Notes: generated from the sequence alone by a model not told the origin. A DNA stretch of 64,000 bases from Candidatus Omnitrophota bacterium (GCA_030649895.1 JAUSEX010000030.1:592-64591); one strand, 5' to 3'. Shown: positions 1 to 10,273, counted from the first letter of the stretch. Numbers and translations are program-made.

Positions 1-1119
1 ATTGAAAAAAATAATTTCTTTTCCAGCATCCAATACGCTTATATATTTTTTCTTATAACATTCTGCATGAATATGTTTGTCATATATAAAGGTATTTCAG
101 GCGGAATTGAAAAATTATGCAAAATTGCCCTCCCGAGCCTCATTATATTCGCGATAATTCTGACTGTAAGGGTTCTGACGCTAGGAACTCCTGACCCGTT
201 AAAACCAGGCTGGAATATAACAAACGGACTTGGGTTTTTATGGAACCCGGATTTCAGCGCTTTAAAAAGCGCAAAAGTCTGGCTTGCAGCTGCGGGCCAG
301 ATATTTTTTACATTAAGCGTCGGCATAGGCGTAATACTCACCTATGCGAGTTATTTGAAAAAGACAGACGACGTGGTGCTCTCGGGCCTCACATCTGCCA
401 GCGCAAATGAATTCGCAGAAGTAATACTTGGATCATCTATTGTAATACCGGTTGCATTTGCATTTTTCGGGCCTATCGAGATCCAGGCAATCGCAAAAGG
501 AGGCGCGTTTAATTTAGGCTTTGTCACAATGCCTTTAATATTCGAAAAAATAAACCTGGGTGCGTTTTTCGGGTGCATCTGGTTTTTACTCCTGTTTCTC
601 GCGGGAATCACATCCTCCATATCTTTGGCGCAGCCAAGCATAACTTTTCTTGAAGATGAATTTAACATCTCCAAGAAAAAGGCTGTTATTATTTTCGGCA
701 TCGTGGCTTTTATCCTATGCCAGCCCGCCATATTCTTTTTGAAAAACGGCGTTGTGAACGAGCTGGATTTCTGGGGAGGGACGTTCTGCCTGGTATTATT
801 CGCGGCGGTAGAGACCATACTTTTTGGATGGATATTCGGGATTGAAAAAGCCTGGGAGGAAATACATCACGGCGCAGATATGCAAGTGCCTAAAATATAT
901 AAATTTATAATAAGATATATAACGCCTCTATTTTTATTTTTAATACTTGGCTTCTGGCTGTATCAGGAAGGTATTTCTACAATATTAATGAAAAATATCT
1001 CTCAAAGCGACAAGCCTTATATCTTGGGCACAAGGCTTATGCTCCTGGGTATGTTTATCACATTGGCAATGCTCGTAAAGATTGCCTGGCGAAAGAGAAA
1101 AACTAAAATTAAAAAATGA
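1..1119 (+). CDS. Sodium-dependent transporter, NSS/SNF family (5' truncated by window edge)
   Basis: Motifs GIEK, GLGFLWNPDF, VWLAAAGQIFFTLSVG, AGITSSISL; multi-TM; frame is open back to position 1. Confidence 0.9.
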   Translation: MEKNNFFSSIQYAYIFFLITFCMNMFVIYKGISGGIEKLCKIALPSLIIFAIILTVRVLTLGTPDPLKPGWNITNGLGFLWNPDFSALKSAKVWLAAAGQIFFTLSVGIGVILTYASYLKKTDDVVLSGLTSASANEFAEVILGSSIVIPVAFAFFGPIEIQAIAKGGAFNLGFVTMPLIFEKINLGAFFGCIWFLLLFLAGITSSISLAQPSITFLEDEFNISKKKAVIIFGIVAFILCQPAIFFLKNGVVNELDFWGGTFCLVLFAAVETILFGWIFGIEKAWEEIHHGADMQVPKIYKFIIRYITPLFLFLILGFWLYQEGISTILMKNISQSDKPYILGTRLMLLGMFITLAMLVKIAWRKRKTKIKK

Positions 1120-1214
1120 ATACCTTTGGCTGGTTATTTCTAATTATATCCTGGGGAATTATCATACCTCTCACCATATTCTACTTCGCAAAAGTCCTGT
1201 CTAAAAAGAAATAA
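1116..1214 (+). CDS. 32-aa single-TM protein, probable MetS-type small subunit of the NSS transporter
   Basis: Not in ORF track; ATGA overlap with NSS stop; MNTFGWLFLIISWGIIIPLTIFYFAKVLSKKK. Confidence 0.7.
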   Translation: MNTFGWLFLIISWGIIIPLTIFYFAKVLSKKK

Positions 1215-1224
1215 CCGTTGTCTA

Positions 1225-1410
1225 TTAACTTATAATTATCGCTTCAACAGGGCATTCATCTTTGGCCTGTTTTGCGTTTTCTTCGCCAGCAGCAGGAACT
1301 ACGTTTACTTTTGCAATCACCTTGTCGTCTTTCATTTCAAAAATCTCAGGGCAGGTATTAACGCACAGCCCGCAGCCAACGCACAGATCTTCATCTACTC
1401 TTACTTTCAT
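1225..1410 (-). CDS. Monocluster ferredoxin
   Basis: CVGCGLCVNTCP ... CPVEAI; SD GGAGG upstream. Confidence 0.92.
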   Translation of the reverse strand: MKVRVDEDLCVGCGLCVNTCPEIFEMKDDKVIAKVNVVPAAGEENAKQAKDECPVEAIIIS

Positions 1411-1414
1411 ATTT

Positions 1415-1482
1415 CCTCCAAAATTTACAAAGCAAATTCTATCCCAAGCTGCCCTTATTTATAATTCATGCGACGAGGGACC
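1415..1482 (-). promoter_or_regulatory. Structured 5'-UTR/SD element, copy A
   Basis: GGTCCCTC..GGGATA-GAATTTGC-TTT-GTAAATTTT-GGAGG, 4 nt before ferredoxin ATG. Confidence 0.7.
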
Positions 1483-1504
1483 TTTTTGGTTAAATTATCC
1501 AAAT

Positions 1505-1533
1505 ATGATATATTCTAGCCTATTCCTTGTCAA
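1505..1533 (-). promoter_or_regulatory. Sigma70-type promoter for ferredoxin
   Basis: TTGACA-17 nt-TATCAT on minus strand. Confidence 0.6.
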
Positions 1534-1542
1534 CTAATTTAT

Positions 1543-1591
1543 TAGGGACAGCGACCATTTTTCTATAAAAGAAAAATGGTCGCTGTCCCTA
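1543..1591. repeat. Perfect 22-bp-arm palindrome (REP-like or terminator)
   Basis: tagggacagcgaccatttttct-ataaa-agaaaaatggtcgctgtcccta, just downstream of the AAA ATPase stop. Confidence 0.8.
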
Positions 1592-1598
1592 TTTTCTA

Positions 1599-2723
1599 TT
1601 ATTCAGAAGCAATTCTTGTAATAAATTCAGAAAACATCTGGTCGGGTATATAAAAACCGTTAGCCTCAGACCTTTTTACAAGGCCTTTTACCTCCAAACG
1701 GTAAAGAAAATTCTTTATATTAGCTATAGGGAACTTCTTCGCCCGCTTCCCGACTATCATCATCGTGGTAAAATCTCTGATCGTTATCGGCTTTTTCTCT
1801 TCTGCAAGTATCCTCAATAAATCTTTTTCCCTGTCACTGGCCTTTGACAAAAGATATTCAAAATAATCCCTGCCCAGCTCTTTCAATGTTTTGTTTAGAG
1901 CGCTATCCCAGGCCCTCAGGCTTACCTCCCCCTCTATCTGACTATCGTAAAGATGGCTCGCCAAAAGCTGCACTTCATACGGATGGCCTCCGGTATATTC
2001 AAAAATATTTTTCCTTACGCTGTCTTCAAAAACTACGCCCGTGCCTTTCAGGGTCATGTCTATAGTAGCCATCGCTTCTGTCTCTTTTAAATTTTCCGCG
2101 CTTAGCCTTTTCCTGAAAAATCTTCCGACAGGATCATGCTTATCTATAAAAGACGCCCAGCCCGCAGGCGTGGATGAAAGTATAAATAAAAATCTTGTCT
2201 CTTTTATAATATCATCGCTGCTTAAAACAGCCCTTAGGATATCTACGGTATTCGACACCTCCATAAAATTCTGAGCATCATCCAGGAGCACAACCGCTAA
2301 TTTTGTATCAAGCGCCTTCCATAACTCAAGCAAGAACTTTGTAAACTGGACCTGGGCATTTGATAAGGATTTTCTTTTTGCGAAAAGGTCCAGGAGGCCT
2401 TTTCGAGCCGCGTCTACTTCCGGAAAACCCAAGACCATTTCTTCGGCTATCAGGTGGATAGCGTCGAGAGCTTTATTTTTTTCTGTAAATCTGGAAATGC
2501 CGCAAAAAGCGGCTGGAAACCCGTTTTCCTGGCTTATGCGCTTGAACTGTTTCAATAAAGACGTCTTTCCTGCTCCCCATTCCCCCAAAACAACCAGATG
2601 GCTCGGCCTTACGCTGGCCGCATCATCCAGATTTGATTTAAAAATCTCTAATTCCGGATTCCTGCCGCCAAATATTTTCGGCTCCCAGCCGGATTGAGGC
2701 GTAAAAGGATTAGGAGATATCAT
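1599..2723 (-). CDS. P-loop ATPase (AAA_16/archaeal-ATPase-like) with C-terminal winged helix
   Basis: NPFTP, FGGR..E, Walker A GEWGAGKT, Walker B VLLDDAQ, TGGHPYEVQ. Confidence 0.8.
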   Translation of the reverse strand: MISPNPFTPQSGWEPKIFGGRNPELEIFKSNLDDAASVRPSHLVVLGEWGAGKTSLLKQFKRISQENGFPAAFCGISRFTEKNKALDAIHLIAEEMVLGFPEVDAARKGLLDLFAKRKSLSNAQVQFTKFLLELWKALDTKLAVVLLDDAQNFMEVSNTVDILRAVLSSDDIIKETRFLFILSSTPAGWASFIDKHDPVGRFFRKRLSAENLKETEAMATIDMTLKGTGVVFEDSVRKNIFEYTGGHPYEVQLLASHLYDSQIEGEVSLRAWDSALNKTLKELGRDYFEYLLSKASDREKDLLRILAEEKKPITIRDFTTMMIVGKRAKKFPIANIKNFLYRLEVKGLVKRSEANGFYIPDQMFSEFITRIASE

Positions 2724-3352
2724 ATCTTTCCTTTAAAAGCTGACGGGCACAGCTTATTTATCCCGCATTCAGCGCAAAGCGGTTTCCTGGCATTGCAAAT
2801 CTTTCTTCCATGTAAAATCATAAGGTGCGAGACTATGCCCCAGTCTTCGGCCGGAACCAATTTCATAAGGTCCTCTTCTATCTTACCGGGATCTGTATTT
2901 TTTGTTAAGCCAAGCCGCTGCGACAATCTTCTTACGTGAGTGTCGACCACTACGCCTGCCGTAATCCCGAATCCTGACGATAAAATAACATTCGCTGTCT
3001 TCCTGCCTATGCCCGGAAGACTGATCAGTTCTTCCATTGTCCTTGGCACATTGCCTTTGAATTCATTTAAAATTTTCTTCGCGGAGCCTATGATGCCTTT
3101 CGCCTTATTTTTGTAAAAACCCGTTGAATATATGTCTTTCTCAAATTCTTTAATATCTGCTTTTGCAAAACCGGCTACGCTCTTATATTTTTTAAATAAC
3201 GCGGGCGTTACGCGATTCACCCTCGCATCCGTGCATTGCGCTGAAAGGATAGTGGCCACGAGAAGCTGCCAGGTATTTTTAAACCTAAGCGCTGTTTTCG
3301 CTTCAGGGTATTGGTTTTTTAAAATCCTTATTATTCCTTTGGTATCTTTCAT
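2720..3352 (-). CDS. nth: Endonuclease III
   Basis: LSAQCTD, HhH LPGIGRKTANV, VDTHV, C-x6-C-x2-C-x5-C. Confidence 0.95.
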   Translation of the reverse strand: MKDTKGIIRILKNQYPEAKTALRFKNTWQLLVATILSAQCTDARVNRVTPALFKKYKSVAGFAKADIKEFEKDIYSTGFYKNKAKGIIGSAKKILNEFKGNVPRTMEELISLPGIGRKTANVILSSGFGITAGVVVDTHVRRLSQRLGLTKNTDPGKIEEDLMKLVPAEDWGIVSHLMILHGRKICNARKPLCAECGINKLCPSAFKGKI

Positions 3353-3708
3353 TTACCCAATAACATATATATAGAAATAAATAGAAGCATAACTGCAAAT
3401 ATTTTTTTAAGCACTGGGCTTGGAATACCCTGCATAAGAGTTGCGCCTATAAAACCTCCCACAATAAACCCGAAAGCTATAAATAAAGCTACCTTTACAT
3501 TTACATCTCCTGACTTGTAATATTTTATAACAGCAAGAACGCCTACGGGCAAAAGCAGCGAGGCGAGGGCTGTGCCCTGGGCCAAATGCTGGGAAAATTT
3601 GAATATATACACAAGCGCCGGGATCAATATTATGGCCCCTCCTATCCCGAAGAACCCAGAGGATATCCCAGACACAAGCCCGATTAATATACTTAATATA
3701 TTGTCCAT
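3349..3708 (-). CDS. TauE/SafE-family membrane protein (half-size)
   Basis: SGFFGIGG..IPAL, QHLAQGT.L; 4 TM. Confidence 0.8.
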   Translation of the reverse strand: MDNILSILIGLVSGISSGFFGIGGAIILIPALVYIFKFSQHLAQGTALASLLLPVGVLAVIKYYKSGDVNVKVALFIAFGFIVGGFIGATLMQGIPSPVLKKIFAVMLLFISIYMLLGK

Positions 3709-3744
3709 GTTTACTTTGTTTATTGTATATGGTAGATTATAACT

Positions 3745-5193
3745 ATGATTATAAAGAGAGACATTGATATTATCAAGGGATATTTTGAGGACTGCTCAGG
3801 CCTTCTCGGCGGTTATGCAGACAGGGTCATAGTGCCAGAGAATGAAAAAGAAACCAAGGAAATACTACTCGAGGCGTGCGCTAAAAACATCCCTGTTACT
3901 ATATCCGGGGGCGGCACAGGCGTAACAGGCGCGAGAGTCCCTTTCGGAGGATGGGTCGTCGCAACAGAAAGCCTTAATAAAATAATAGATATAAACGAAA
4001 AAAAATTTACCGCCACGCTCCAGCCAGGAGTAAGGCTTTCTGACCTGGATGCCCATCTTTCAAAGAAAGGCCTTACGTATTTACCTGACCCCACGGAGCC
4101 GAACGCGTTTCTGGGAGGGACTATATCCACGAACGCCTCAGGCGCAAAAGGCTTCAAATACGGCCCTACGCGTAACTATATAAAAAGATTAAGGATGCTC
4201 CTCTCTACAGGAGATATTATTGATATAAAACGCGGGGACTGCTTTTTAAAGAAAGGTAAAATTTTTGCGCTCAAATTAAAAGATAAAGAAATAAAAATCA
4301 GGGTCCCTGATTACGCGATGCCCGGTATAAAAACAGCTGCCGGATATTACATAAAAGATGACATGGACCTAGTAGATCTGTTTATAGGCCACGAAGGGAC
4401 TCTTGGCTTCATACTTGAAGCTGAAATAGCGCTAGGCAGAAGGCCCGAAGAGATAATGAGCTTTTTCAGCTTTTTCGCTTCAGAAAATGACGCTATAAAC
4501 TTTGTAGGCGACGCCAAGAAACTTAGCGCGATGTCTTTGGAATACATGGACAGCCATTCTCTTTCGCTATTAAGGGTAAAATACCCGAATATCCCGCTCT
4601 CAGCAAAAGGTCTTATATATTTTGAACAGGATTACAAAAAAGAATTTGAATCAGAGGCCATAGACTCCTGGTCCAAGCTTCTTGAAAAACATAATGCGCT
4701 CATGGAAGACTCGTATTTCGCAGATTCCGACAAAGAGAGGGTAAAATTAAAAGAATTAAGGCACGCCTTGCCTGATTCCGTAAACGAGATTGTGAAAAAA
4801 AATAAAATGCCTAAGCTTGGCACGGATATCGCTGTGCCTGATAATAGATTCAAAGAGATGCTGGATTTTTATCACGACAAACTAAAATCCTCGAATATAT
4901 ATTACGTCATATTCGGCCATATAGGCGAAAGCCATATGCATGTAAACATGCTGCCTAAAACAGAAGAAGAATTCAGGGAAAGCCGCCTGGTTTATGCGGA
5001 ATTCGTAAAAAAAGCCGTAAGCTTAGGCGGCACTGTTTCAGCGGAACACGGCATAGGAAAATTAAAACACCACTTCTTGGAAATAATGTACGGGAAAGAA
5101 AACATGAAACAGATGGCCCTTCTTAAGAAATCCCTGGACCCATCGTGCGTATTGGGACTTGATAACATATTCCCGAAGGAACTCCTGAAATGA
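3745..5193 (+). CDS. FAD-linked D-2-hydroxyacid dehydrogenase (GlcD/D-lactate dehydrogenase family)
   Basis: GGGTGVTG, PDP, GG.ISTNASG, GHEGTLG, FGHIGESHMH, SAEHGIGK. Confidence 0.85.
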   Translation: MIIKRDIDIIKGYFEDCSGLLGGYADRVIVPENEKETKEILLEACAKNIPVTISGGGTGVTGARVPFGGWVVATESLNKIIDINEKKFTATLQPGVRLSDLDAHLSKKGLTYLPDPTEPNAFLGGTISTNASGAKGFKYGPTRNYIKRLRMLLSTGDIIDIKRGDCFLKKGKIFALKLKDKEIKIRVPDYAMPGIKTAAGYYIKDDMDLVDLFIGHEGTLGFILEAEIALGRRPEEIMSFFSFFASENDAINFVGDAKKLSAMSLEYMDSHSLSLLRVKYPNIPLSAKGLIYFEQDYKKEFESEAIDSWSKLLEKHNALMEDSYFADSDKERVKLKELRHALPDSVNEIVKKNKMPKLGTDIAVPDNRFKEMLDFYHDKLKSSNIYYVIFGHIGESHMHVNMLPKTEEEFRESRLVYAEFVKKAVSLGGTVSAEHGIGKLKHHFLEIMYGKENMKQMALLKKSLDPSCVLGLDNIFPKELLK

Positions 5194-6281
5194 AAATCAT
5201 AATAGCTGTGCCTGATTTTACGCGCGAAGCGCATTTAAAAAATATACTGCCTGGCCTTTTGGCTAAGCTCAATAAAAAAGGAGCGGCTTATAAAAATATA
5301 AAAATACTCATAGGCACAGGCCTTCACAGGCACCCCACAAAAAAAGAAATAAAATATAACCTGGGAAACATACCAACCGCGGTTAATGTGCATTCGCACG
5401 ATTATAAAAACGTATTTTACGCCGCCAGATCAAAAAGAGGGGTACCTGTTTACCTGGACAAGCTGTTGAGGGGGGTTGATTCGATAATAACCATAGGCGT
5501 AGTAGAGCCGCATCTTTACGCAGGTTATAGCGGAGGCGTAAAAGTCCTGTCCATAGGCCTGGCGGGAGAAAAAACAATAAACGCAACGCACCATCCGAGA
5601 TTCTTGGATCATCCCGGCACCGGGATATGCTCCATTAAAGGCAATCCTTTCCAGGCATTCATACAGGAAACAGCTTCTATGCTTCCTGTTGAATATTCTA
5701 TAAACATAGTTAATGATGAAAATGGTAAAATACTAAAAATATTCGAAGGAAAACCAGGCCCGTGTTTCAAAAAAGCTGTCAATTATTCCAGGGTGATCTT
5801 TGAAAAAAATATAAAAAAATACCTGGATGTGATAATATGCGACATACCGCGTTCAAAAGGCGCCAATATATATCAGGCGTCGCGGCCGTTTAATTATATT
5901 GTAAATACCGGTAATCCGGTCGTAAAAAACAGCTCCCTTATACTTGTAAAAGCTACCCTGGAAGAAGGTTTCGGAAAAGGGCTTGGCGAAAAACGCTTTA
6001 TGAAAAAGATGTTGGGAATGAAAAACCCGGATAAGCTGATAGAAGAAATCAAAAAAGGCGGATGCCTGGCAGGAGAACACCGCGCTTACATGGTATCCAA
6101 AGCGCTCAAAAAGGCAAAGCTTGGTTTTATATCGAAAAACGCCGGGCTTTATAAAAATAAAGGTCTTCCGTTTTTATTCTTTGAAGGCCATGGCGAAGCT
6201 AAAAAATATATAAAAGAAAACTACAAAAATCCTGCGACATACCGCTTGAAAAACGCTTTTACAACTATCCTCAACTACTAA
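5190..6281 (+). CDS. larA: LarA-family nickel-pincer racemase/epimerase
   Basis: D-x-T-R, GTGLHR, EPHLYAGYSGGVK, INATH; ATGA overlap with upstream dehydrogenase. Confidence 0.75.
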   Translation: MKIIIAVPDFTREAHLKNILPGLLAKLNKKGAAYKNIKILIGTGLHRHPTKKEIKYNLGNIPTAVNVHSHDYKNVFYAARSKRGVPVYLDKLLRGVDSIITIGVVEPHLYAGYSGGVKVLSIGLAGEKTINATHHPRFLDHPGTGICSIKGNPFQAFIQETASMLPVEYSINIVNDENGKILKIFEGKPGPCFKKAVNYSRVIFEKNIKKYLDVIICDIPRSKGANIYQASRPFNYIVNTGNPVVKNSSLILVKATLEEGFGKGLGEKRFMKKMLGMKNPDKLIEEIKKGGCLAGEHRAYMVSKALKKAKLGFISKNAGLYKNKGLPFLFFEGHGEAKKYIKENYKNPATYRLKNAFTTILNY

Positions 6282-6967
6282 AAATCCCTGCTTATCCCGG
6301 CGCTAAGCTCTTCCCCGTCAAAAAAATCGCACTCTATATTCAATCTGGTGTCTTTTTTAACCAGATAGTCAAGACCGATAACAGCCCCTAGCATCTTTTC
6401 AGACTTTATGCGTTTCCTGTCGTGCTCGTTTACCCATTTTATATAATCAACTGTTCCGTATCTGGCTCCTGCATAAGGCGTCAGATTGCCTATATCCTTT
6501 GATATCAACGCCGAACCCTGCCAGTCATCTATGATCACCCTGTGGTCATTACTGGTTGGAGACGCCATGGGAGGATGAACGCTTATATGCTGAAAACCTG
6601 CTACGGTTTTTATCCCAAGCTCTTTATTCTCGTAGCCTTTTATCCTGAAACCATATGCTCCCGCGAAGCCGCTGTTAAAATTTAAATTCCCAGGGTCTGA
6701 ATTACGCCAGGCTACATCCCCCATGCCTATTTTCCCGTCAAAACATATCCAGTCAAGCACGCCCATGCTGCATGTCAAAAAATACCTGCTCCCGCTTGTT
6801 GAGCCCTGATTATTATCAAGATTTCTGTCTATAAGAAAATCCCCTTCCATCCCCAATATCCATTGTTTTTGCTTTGGCATATGGGTGCCATAACTTGGCG
6901 CTGCATAAGAAACCCCTGGATACAGCATCCCTAAAACTATTAAAACAAAAAAACCCCTTTTAAGCAT
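6278..6967 (-). CDS. Exported protein, probable outer-membrane beta-barrel
   Basis: Signal peptide, alternating beta pattern (LTPYAGARY, GAVIGLDY), terminal Phe. Confidence 0.55.
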   Translation of the reverse strand: MLKRGFFVLIVLGMLYPGVSYAAPSYGTHMPKQKQWILGMEGDFLIDRNLDNNQGSTSGSRYFLTCSMGVLDWICFDGKIGMGDVAWRNSDPGNLNFNSGFAGAYGFRIKGYENKELGIKTVAGFQHISVHPPMASPTSNDHRVIIDDWQGSALISKDIGNLTPYAGARYGTVDYIKWVNEHDRKRIKSEKMLGAVIGLDYLVKKDTRLNIECDFFDGEELSAGISRDF

Positions 6968-6981
6968 AAATTAACTCCCCT

Positions 6982-7782
6982 CTAAAACAATCTCTTCCCT
7001 TTTTCCGCAAGCTCTTTCAAATCAGGCCATAATTTTTTACCTTTCAGCATCACCACTATCAATTTGCGCTTATTATCGTATATTATATAACCGGCAAAGC
7101 ACTGCCCGGCCTTTATTGTATAACCTGTTTTTCCCAGTATAGCATAGGACGTCTCTTTCCACAGGCTTTTATTGTGATTCTTGAGTTTTATTCTCCTGCC
7201 GGTATTAAGCTCGGAAATCTCGGTCCGCTTTGTTTCCAGTATTTCCGCCAATTTTTTATTTTTCATAGCTTCCCTCATTATCAAAGCCAGGTCATAGGCG
7301 GTAATATACTGGTTTTTTGCGGGTAGCCCGTTAGATGTCTTGAAATTCGTATTGCGGCAGCCAAGCTTTCTGGCCATCTCGTTCATCATATTCGTAAATT
7401 CTTTTTCGCTCCCGGCAACGCTTACAGCCAGCGCGACCGTAGCGTCGTTGCCGGAATTCAGCAAAGCAGCTTTCAGCATATCCTCAGTAGTGTAAACCTC
7501 TCCGGTTTTTATATCCACCCTGCTTGGCGGCATCCAGGTGGCAGACTTTGGGACAATAACTTTTTTATCAAGGCTGGACTTCTTCATCACTACAAGAGCT
7601 GTCATTATCTTTGTGGTAGATGCAGGCGCAAGTTTAACATGCGGATTTTTTGAATACAGGACTTTTTTATTCCATGCATTCATAAGCACTGCGGAATACG
7701 CGGTAACGTAAATAACCTCTTTTGCGAAAAGATTTGTAGTGAAAAATATTACGGATACAACTACCAGGATTTTTCGGGACAT
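6982..7782 (-). CDS. D-alanyl-D-alanine carboxypeptidase (peptidase S11)
   Basis: PASTTK (SxxK), SGNDA (SxN), GKTG; signal peptide. Confidence 0.92.
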   Translation of the reverse strand: MSRKILVVVSVIFFTTNLFAKEVIYVTAYSAVLMNAWNKKVLYSKNPHVKLAPASTTKIMTALVVMKKSSLDKKVIVPKSATWMPPSRVDIKTGEVYTTEDMLKAALLNSGNDATVALAVSVAGSEKEFTNMMNEMARKLGCRNTNFKTSNGLPAKNQYITAYDLALIMREAMKNKKLAEILETKRTEISELNTGRRIKLKNHNKSLWKETSYAILGKTGYTIKAGQCFAGYIIYDNKRKLIVVMLKGKKLWPDLKELAEKGKRLF

Positions 7783-8055
7783 TTAATCTTGATGTATCTT
7801 GCGGATTTCTTCGTTGACGTCTCCCAGGGCGGATTTTGCGCGTTCAAGCTCAGCGGCAAGCCTGGCTGTTATAAGCAGATGCTTATAAGAAAGCAGACTG
7901 AACCCCAGATTTAAAAGCGCCAATAAAAACAGGTACACATTAACCTTGGTATTAAGCAGAAAATATACAAAGAAAAATATACCAAGCATGATAAGCAGTC
8001 TGTTTACCCTGGTAACTACAGCTATAAAAATTTCTTCGCTTGTGATCTTTGCCAT
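7783..8055 (-). CDS. Small two-TM hypothetical protein
   Basis: Two hydrophobic helices plus C-terminal coiled segment; abuts the S11 gene. Confidence 0.6.
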   Translation of the reverse strand: MAKITSEEIFIAVVTRVNRLLIMLGIFFFVYFLLNTKVNVYLFLLALLNLGFSLLSYKHLLITARLAAELERAKSALGDVNEEIRKIHQD

Positions 8056-8099
8056 ACACAGCCTTTTTTATAATATACAGTATACACGAAAAATAAAAC

Positions 8100-9704
8100 T
8101 CAACAAGTGGTAAATTTATTTGTTATAGGCATGCGCCTGTCCTTCCCAAAAGCCGCAGAGGTTATCTTGACGCCCGGAGGCGCCTGGCGCCTTTTATGCT
8201 CGCTGCAATCTATCATATCCAGCACCTTTTTCACTGTATCCTTGCGCCCTAATTTTTTTACTATATCCTCGAATCCTTTATTTTTTTCAATATAAAGGTC
8301 TATCACGCTGTCTAAAAAATCATAAGGCGGCAGCGTATCCTGATCTTTTTGATCCAACCTTAATTCAGCCGTGGGAGCCCTTTTAAAAACGCTCTTGGGT
8401 ATAATATCCTTTCCTTCCCTTTTGTTTACATATCCAGCCAGGTCATAAACAAGCCTTTTAGGCACGTCTTTTATCACGCTGAACCCCCCTGCCATATCTC
8501 CATAAAGAGTGCAGTAGCCTGCGCTGGTCTCGCTTTTATTTCCCGTATTAAGAACCAGATAGCCGAATTTATTAGAGAACGCCATGAGCATATTCCCGCG
8601 TATCCTGGCCTGGATATTTTCCTCCGCTATATCAGGCTCCAGGCCTTTAAAATACGGGCTTAACGCGTCTAAATAGGATTCAAATATACCGTCTATCGGC
8701 GCCTTTCTGAATTCTATGCCTAGATTTTTTGCTATTATTTCCGAGTCTTTCTGCGTCTCTTTCGAAGAATACCTGGATGGCATGCTAAGGCCGAGGACAT
8801 TGTCCATTCCAAGCGCGTCTTTGGCAATGCAAGCCACCAGCGCCGAATCTATCCCTCCGCTCAGGCCTAAAGCTGCTTTGGTGAAATTATTCTTGCGTAA
8901 ATAGTCTTTCACGCCTAATACAAGCGCAGAATAGATCTCTTTATCTCTCGGGATAGGTTTAATTTCCTGCGCGCTTTTCTCCGCCCCCAAATCAAATACC
9001 AGCAGATCTTCTTCGAACGCCTTTCCTTCTACGGCAACCTTTCCGTATTTATTGAACAAAACGCTTCTGCCGTCAAATACCAGCTCATCCTGCCCCCCTA
9101 CAAGGTTACAATATACTACGGGTATCCCGAGTTTTTTCGCTTTATCTCCGATAATTTTCTCGCGGTCTTTGATCTTGTCAATATGGTACGGCGACGCGGA
9201 TATGTTTATCAGAAACTGCGCCCCTTTTACCCTTAGCCCTTCACTCTTCACCCACATGTCTTCGCATATATTTACGCAAAAACGCAAATCTTTTATTTTT
9301 ATTAATTTATTATATCCTCCGGGCTTAAAGTATCTTTTCTCGTCAAAAACACCGTAATTAGGCAGGTGCATCTTGTGATATACGTAAACTATTTTTTTAT
9401 TGTGAATGACCGCGGCGCTATTGTAAATGGATCCGTTTTTCTTATCCACAAATCCTAATACCGCGATAATACCGCATATATCTTTGGTTATTTCTTTCAG
9501 GGATTTTATATTTTCTTTTATGAAATACGGCTTTAAAAGAAGATCTTCCGGAGGATAGCCTGTTATGCTGAGCTCCGGAAATACAATCAGATCCGCACCT
9601 TTTCCGGCTGCTTCTTTTGCGCAGGACAATATCTTCTTTTTATTGCCTTCCAGGTCGCCGACTATGGTATTTATCTGGCCTATTGCTATCCTGACGTTTT
9701 TCAT
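8100..9704 (-). CDS. nadE: Glutamine-dependent NAD+ synthetase
   Basis: Nitrilase domain (FPEL, K, ICEDMW) plus GLSGGIDS, ENIQARIR, TGNKSE. Confidence 0.95.
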   Translation of the reverse strand: MKNVRIAIGQINTIVGDLEGNKKKILSCAKEAAGKGADLIVFPELSITGYPPEDLLLKPYFIKENIKSLKEITKDICGIIAVLGFVDKKNGSIYNSAAVIHNKKIVYVYHKMHLPNYGVFDEKRYFKPGGYNKLIKIKDLRFCVNICEDMWVKSEGLRVKGAQFLINISASPYHIDKIKDREKIIGDKAKKLGIPVVYCNLVGGQDELVFDGRSVLFNKYGKVAVEGKAFEEDLLVFDLGAEKSAQEIKPIPRDKEIYSALVLGVKDYLRKNNFTKAALGLSGGIDSALVACIAKDALGMDNVLGLSMPSRYSSKETQKDSEIIAKNLGIEFRKAPIDGIFESYLDALSPYFKGLEPDIAEENIQARIRGNMLMAFSNKFGYLVLNTGNKSETSAGYCTLYGDMAGGFSVIKDVPKRLVYDLAGYVNKREGKDIIPKSVFKRAPTAELRLDQKDQDTLPPYDFLDSVIDLYIEKNKGFEDIVKKLGRKDTVKKVLDMIDCSEHKRRQAPPGVKITSAAFGKDRRMPITNKFTTC

Positions 9705-9764
9705 ATAGTGCCTCTTATATTAACATACCTCATAAAAATACGCAAATATGCACAACTAACCTGC

Positions 9765-10184
9765 TCATCTCAGTAAAAACACGCCTAGTATCACAAAACC
9801 TATGCCCAGGCCCTTGACAATGGTAAAGCTCTCCCCGAAAAACAAGAGCCCAAGCAAAAAAGAAACCAATGGATACGTAGCGGCAACCGGGACCATCTTA
9901 GACACTTCCCCGTGTTTCAGCGCGCTGTAAAAAAATATCTGGCCCAGGATGCTGGCGAGGATGCCTCCCATAAATAGAAATACTATTGTCCTGGGGTCCG
10001 CCTTCAAAGCCGCTTTTAAAACGCCTATATTAAAAATAGACATTACAACAGCTCCTAAAATAATCCCGGAAGAGCGCACCAGTACGCCCGATAAAGGCTC
10101 TATATTTTTAAGTCCCATCTTTTCCACTATAGGCGCTATGCCCCACACTATAGCTGCCAGTATCGCAAAATAAAAACCCTTCAT
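9765..10184 (-). CDS. EamA/DMT-family transporter (single domain)
   Basis: AILAAIVWG, FYSALK.G.VS..VP, FFGE; start moved to MKGFY, which follows the SD. Confidence 0.85.
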   Translation of the reverse strand: MKGFYFAILAAIVWGIAPIVEKMGLKNIEPLSGVLVRSSGIILGAVVMSIFNIGVLKAALKADPRTIVFLFMGGILASILGQIFFYSALKHGEVSKMVPVAATYPLVSFLLGLLFFGESFTIVKGLGIGFVILGVFLLR

Positions 10185-10189
10185 AATAC

Positions 10190-10273
10190 CCTCCAAATTT
10201 GCGAAGCAAATTTGATCCGGAGACAGCGTTAAGAAATGCGAATGAATATGAGCATTTTAGCTGCCGAAGGACC
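10190..10273 (-). promoter_or_regulatory. Structured 5'-UTR/SD element, copy B
   Basis: GGTCC-TTC-GGCAGC..GCTGTC-TCC-GGATC-AAATTTGC-TTC-GCAAATTT-GGAGG-5 nt-ATG; promoter TTGAAT-17-TATAGT at 10295-10323. Confidence 0.75.

Noticed and set aside
1599-2723. ATPase as an anti-phage defence system
   Set aside because: No effector or nuclease partner; it is coupled to nth and there is no defence-island context
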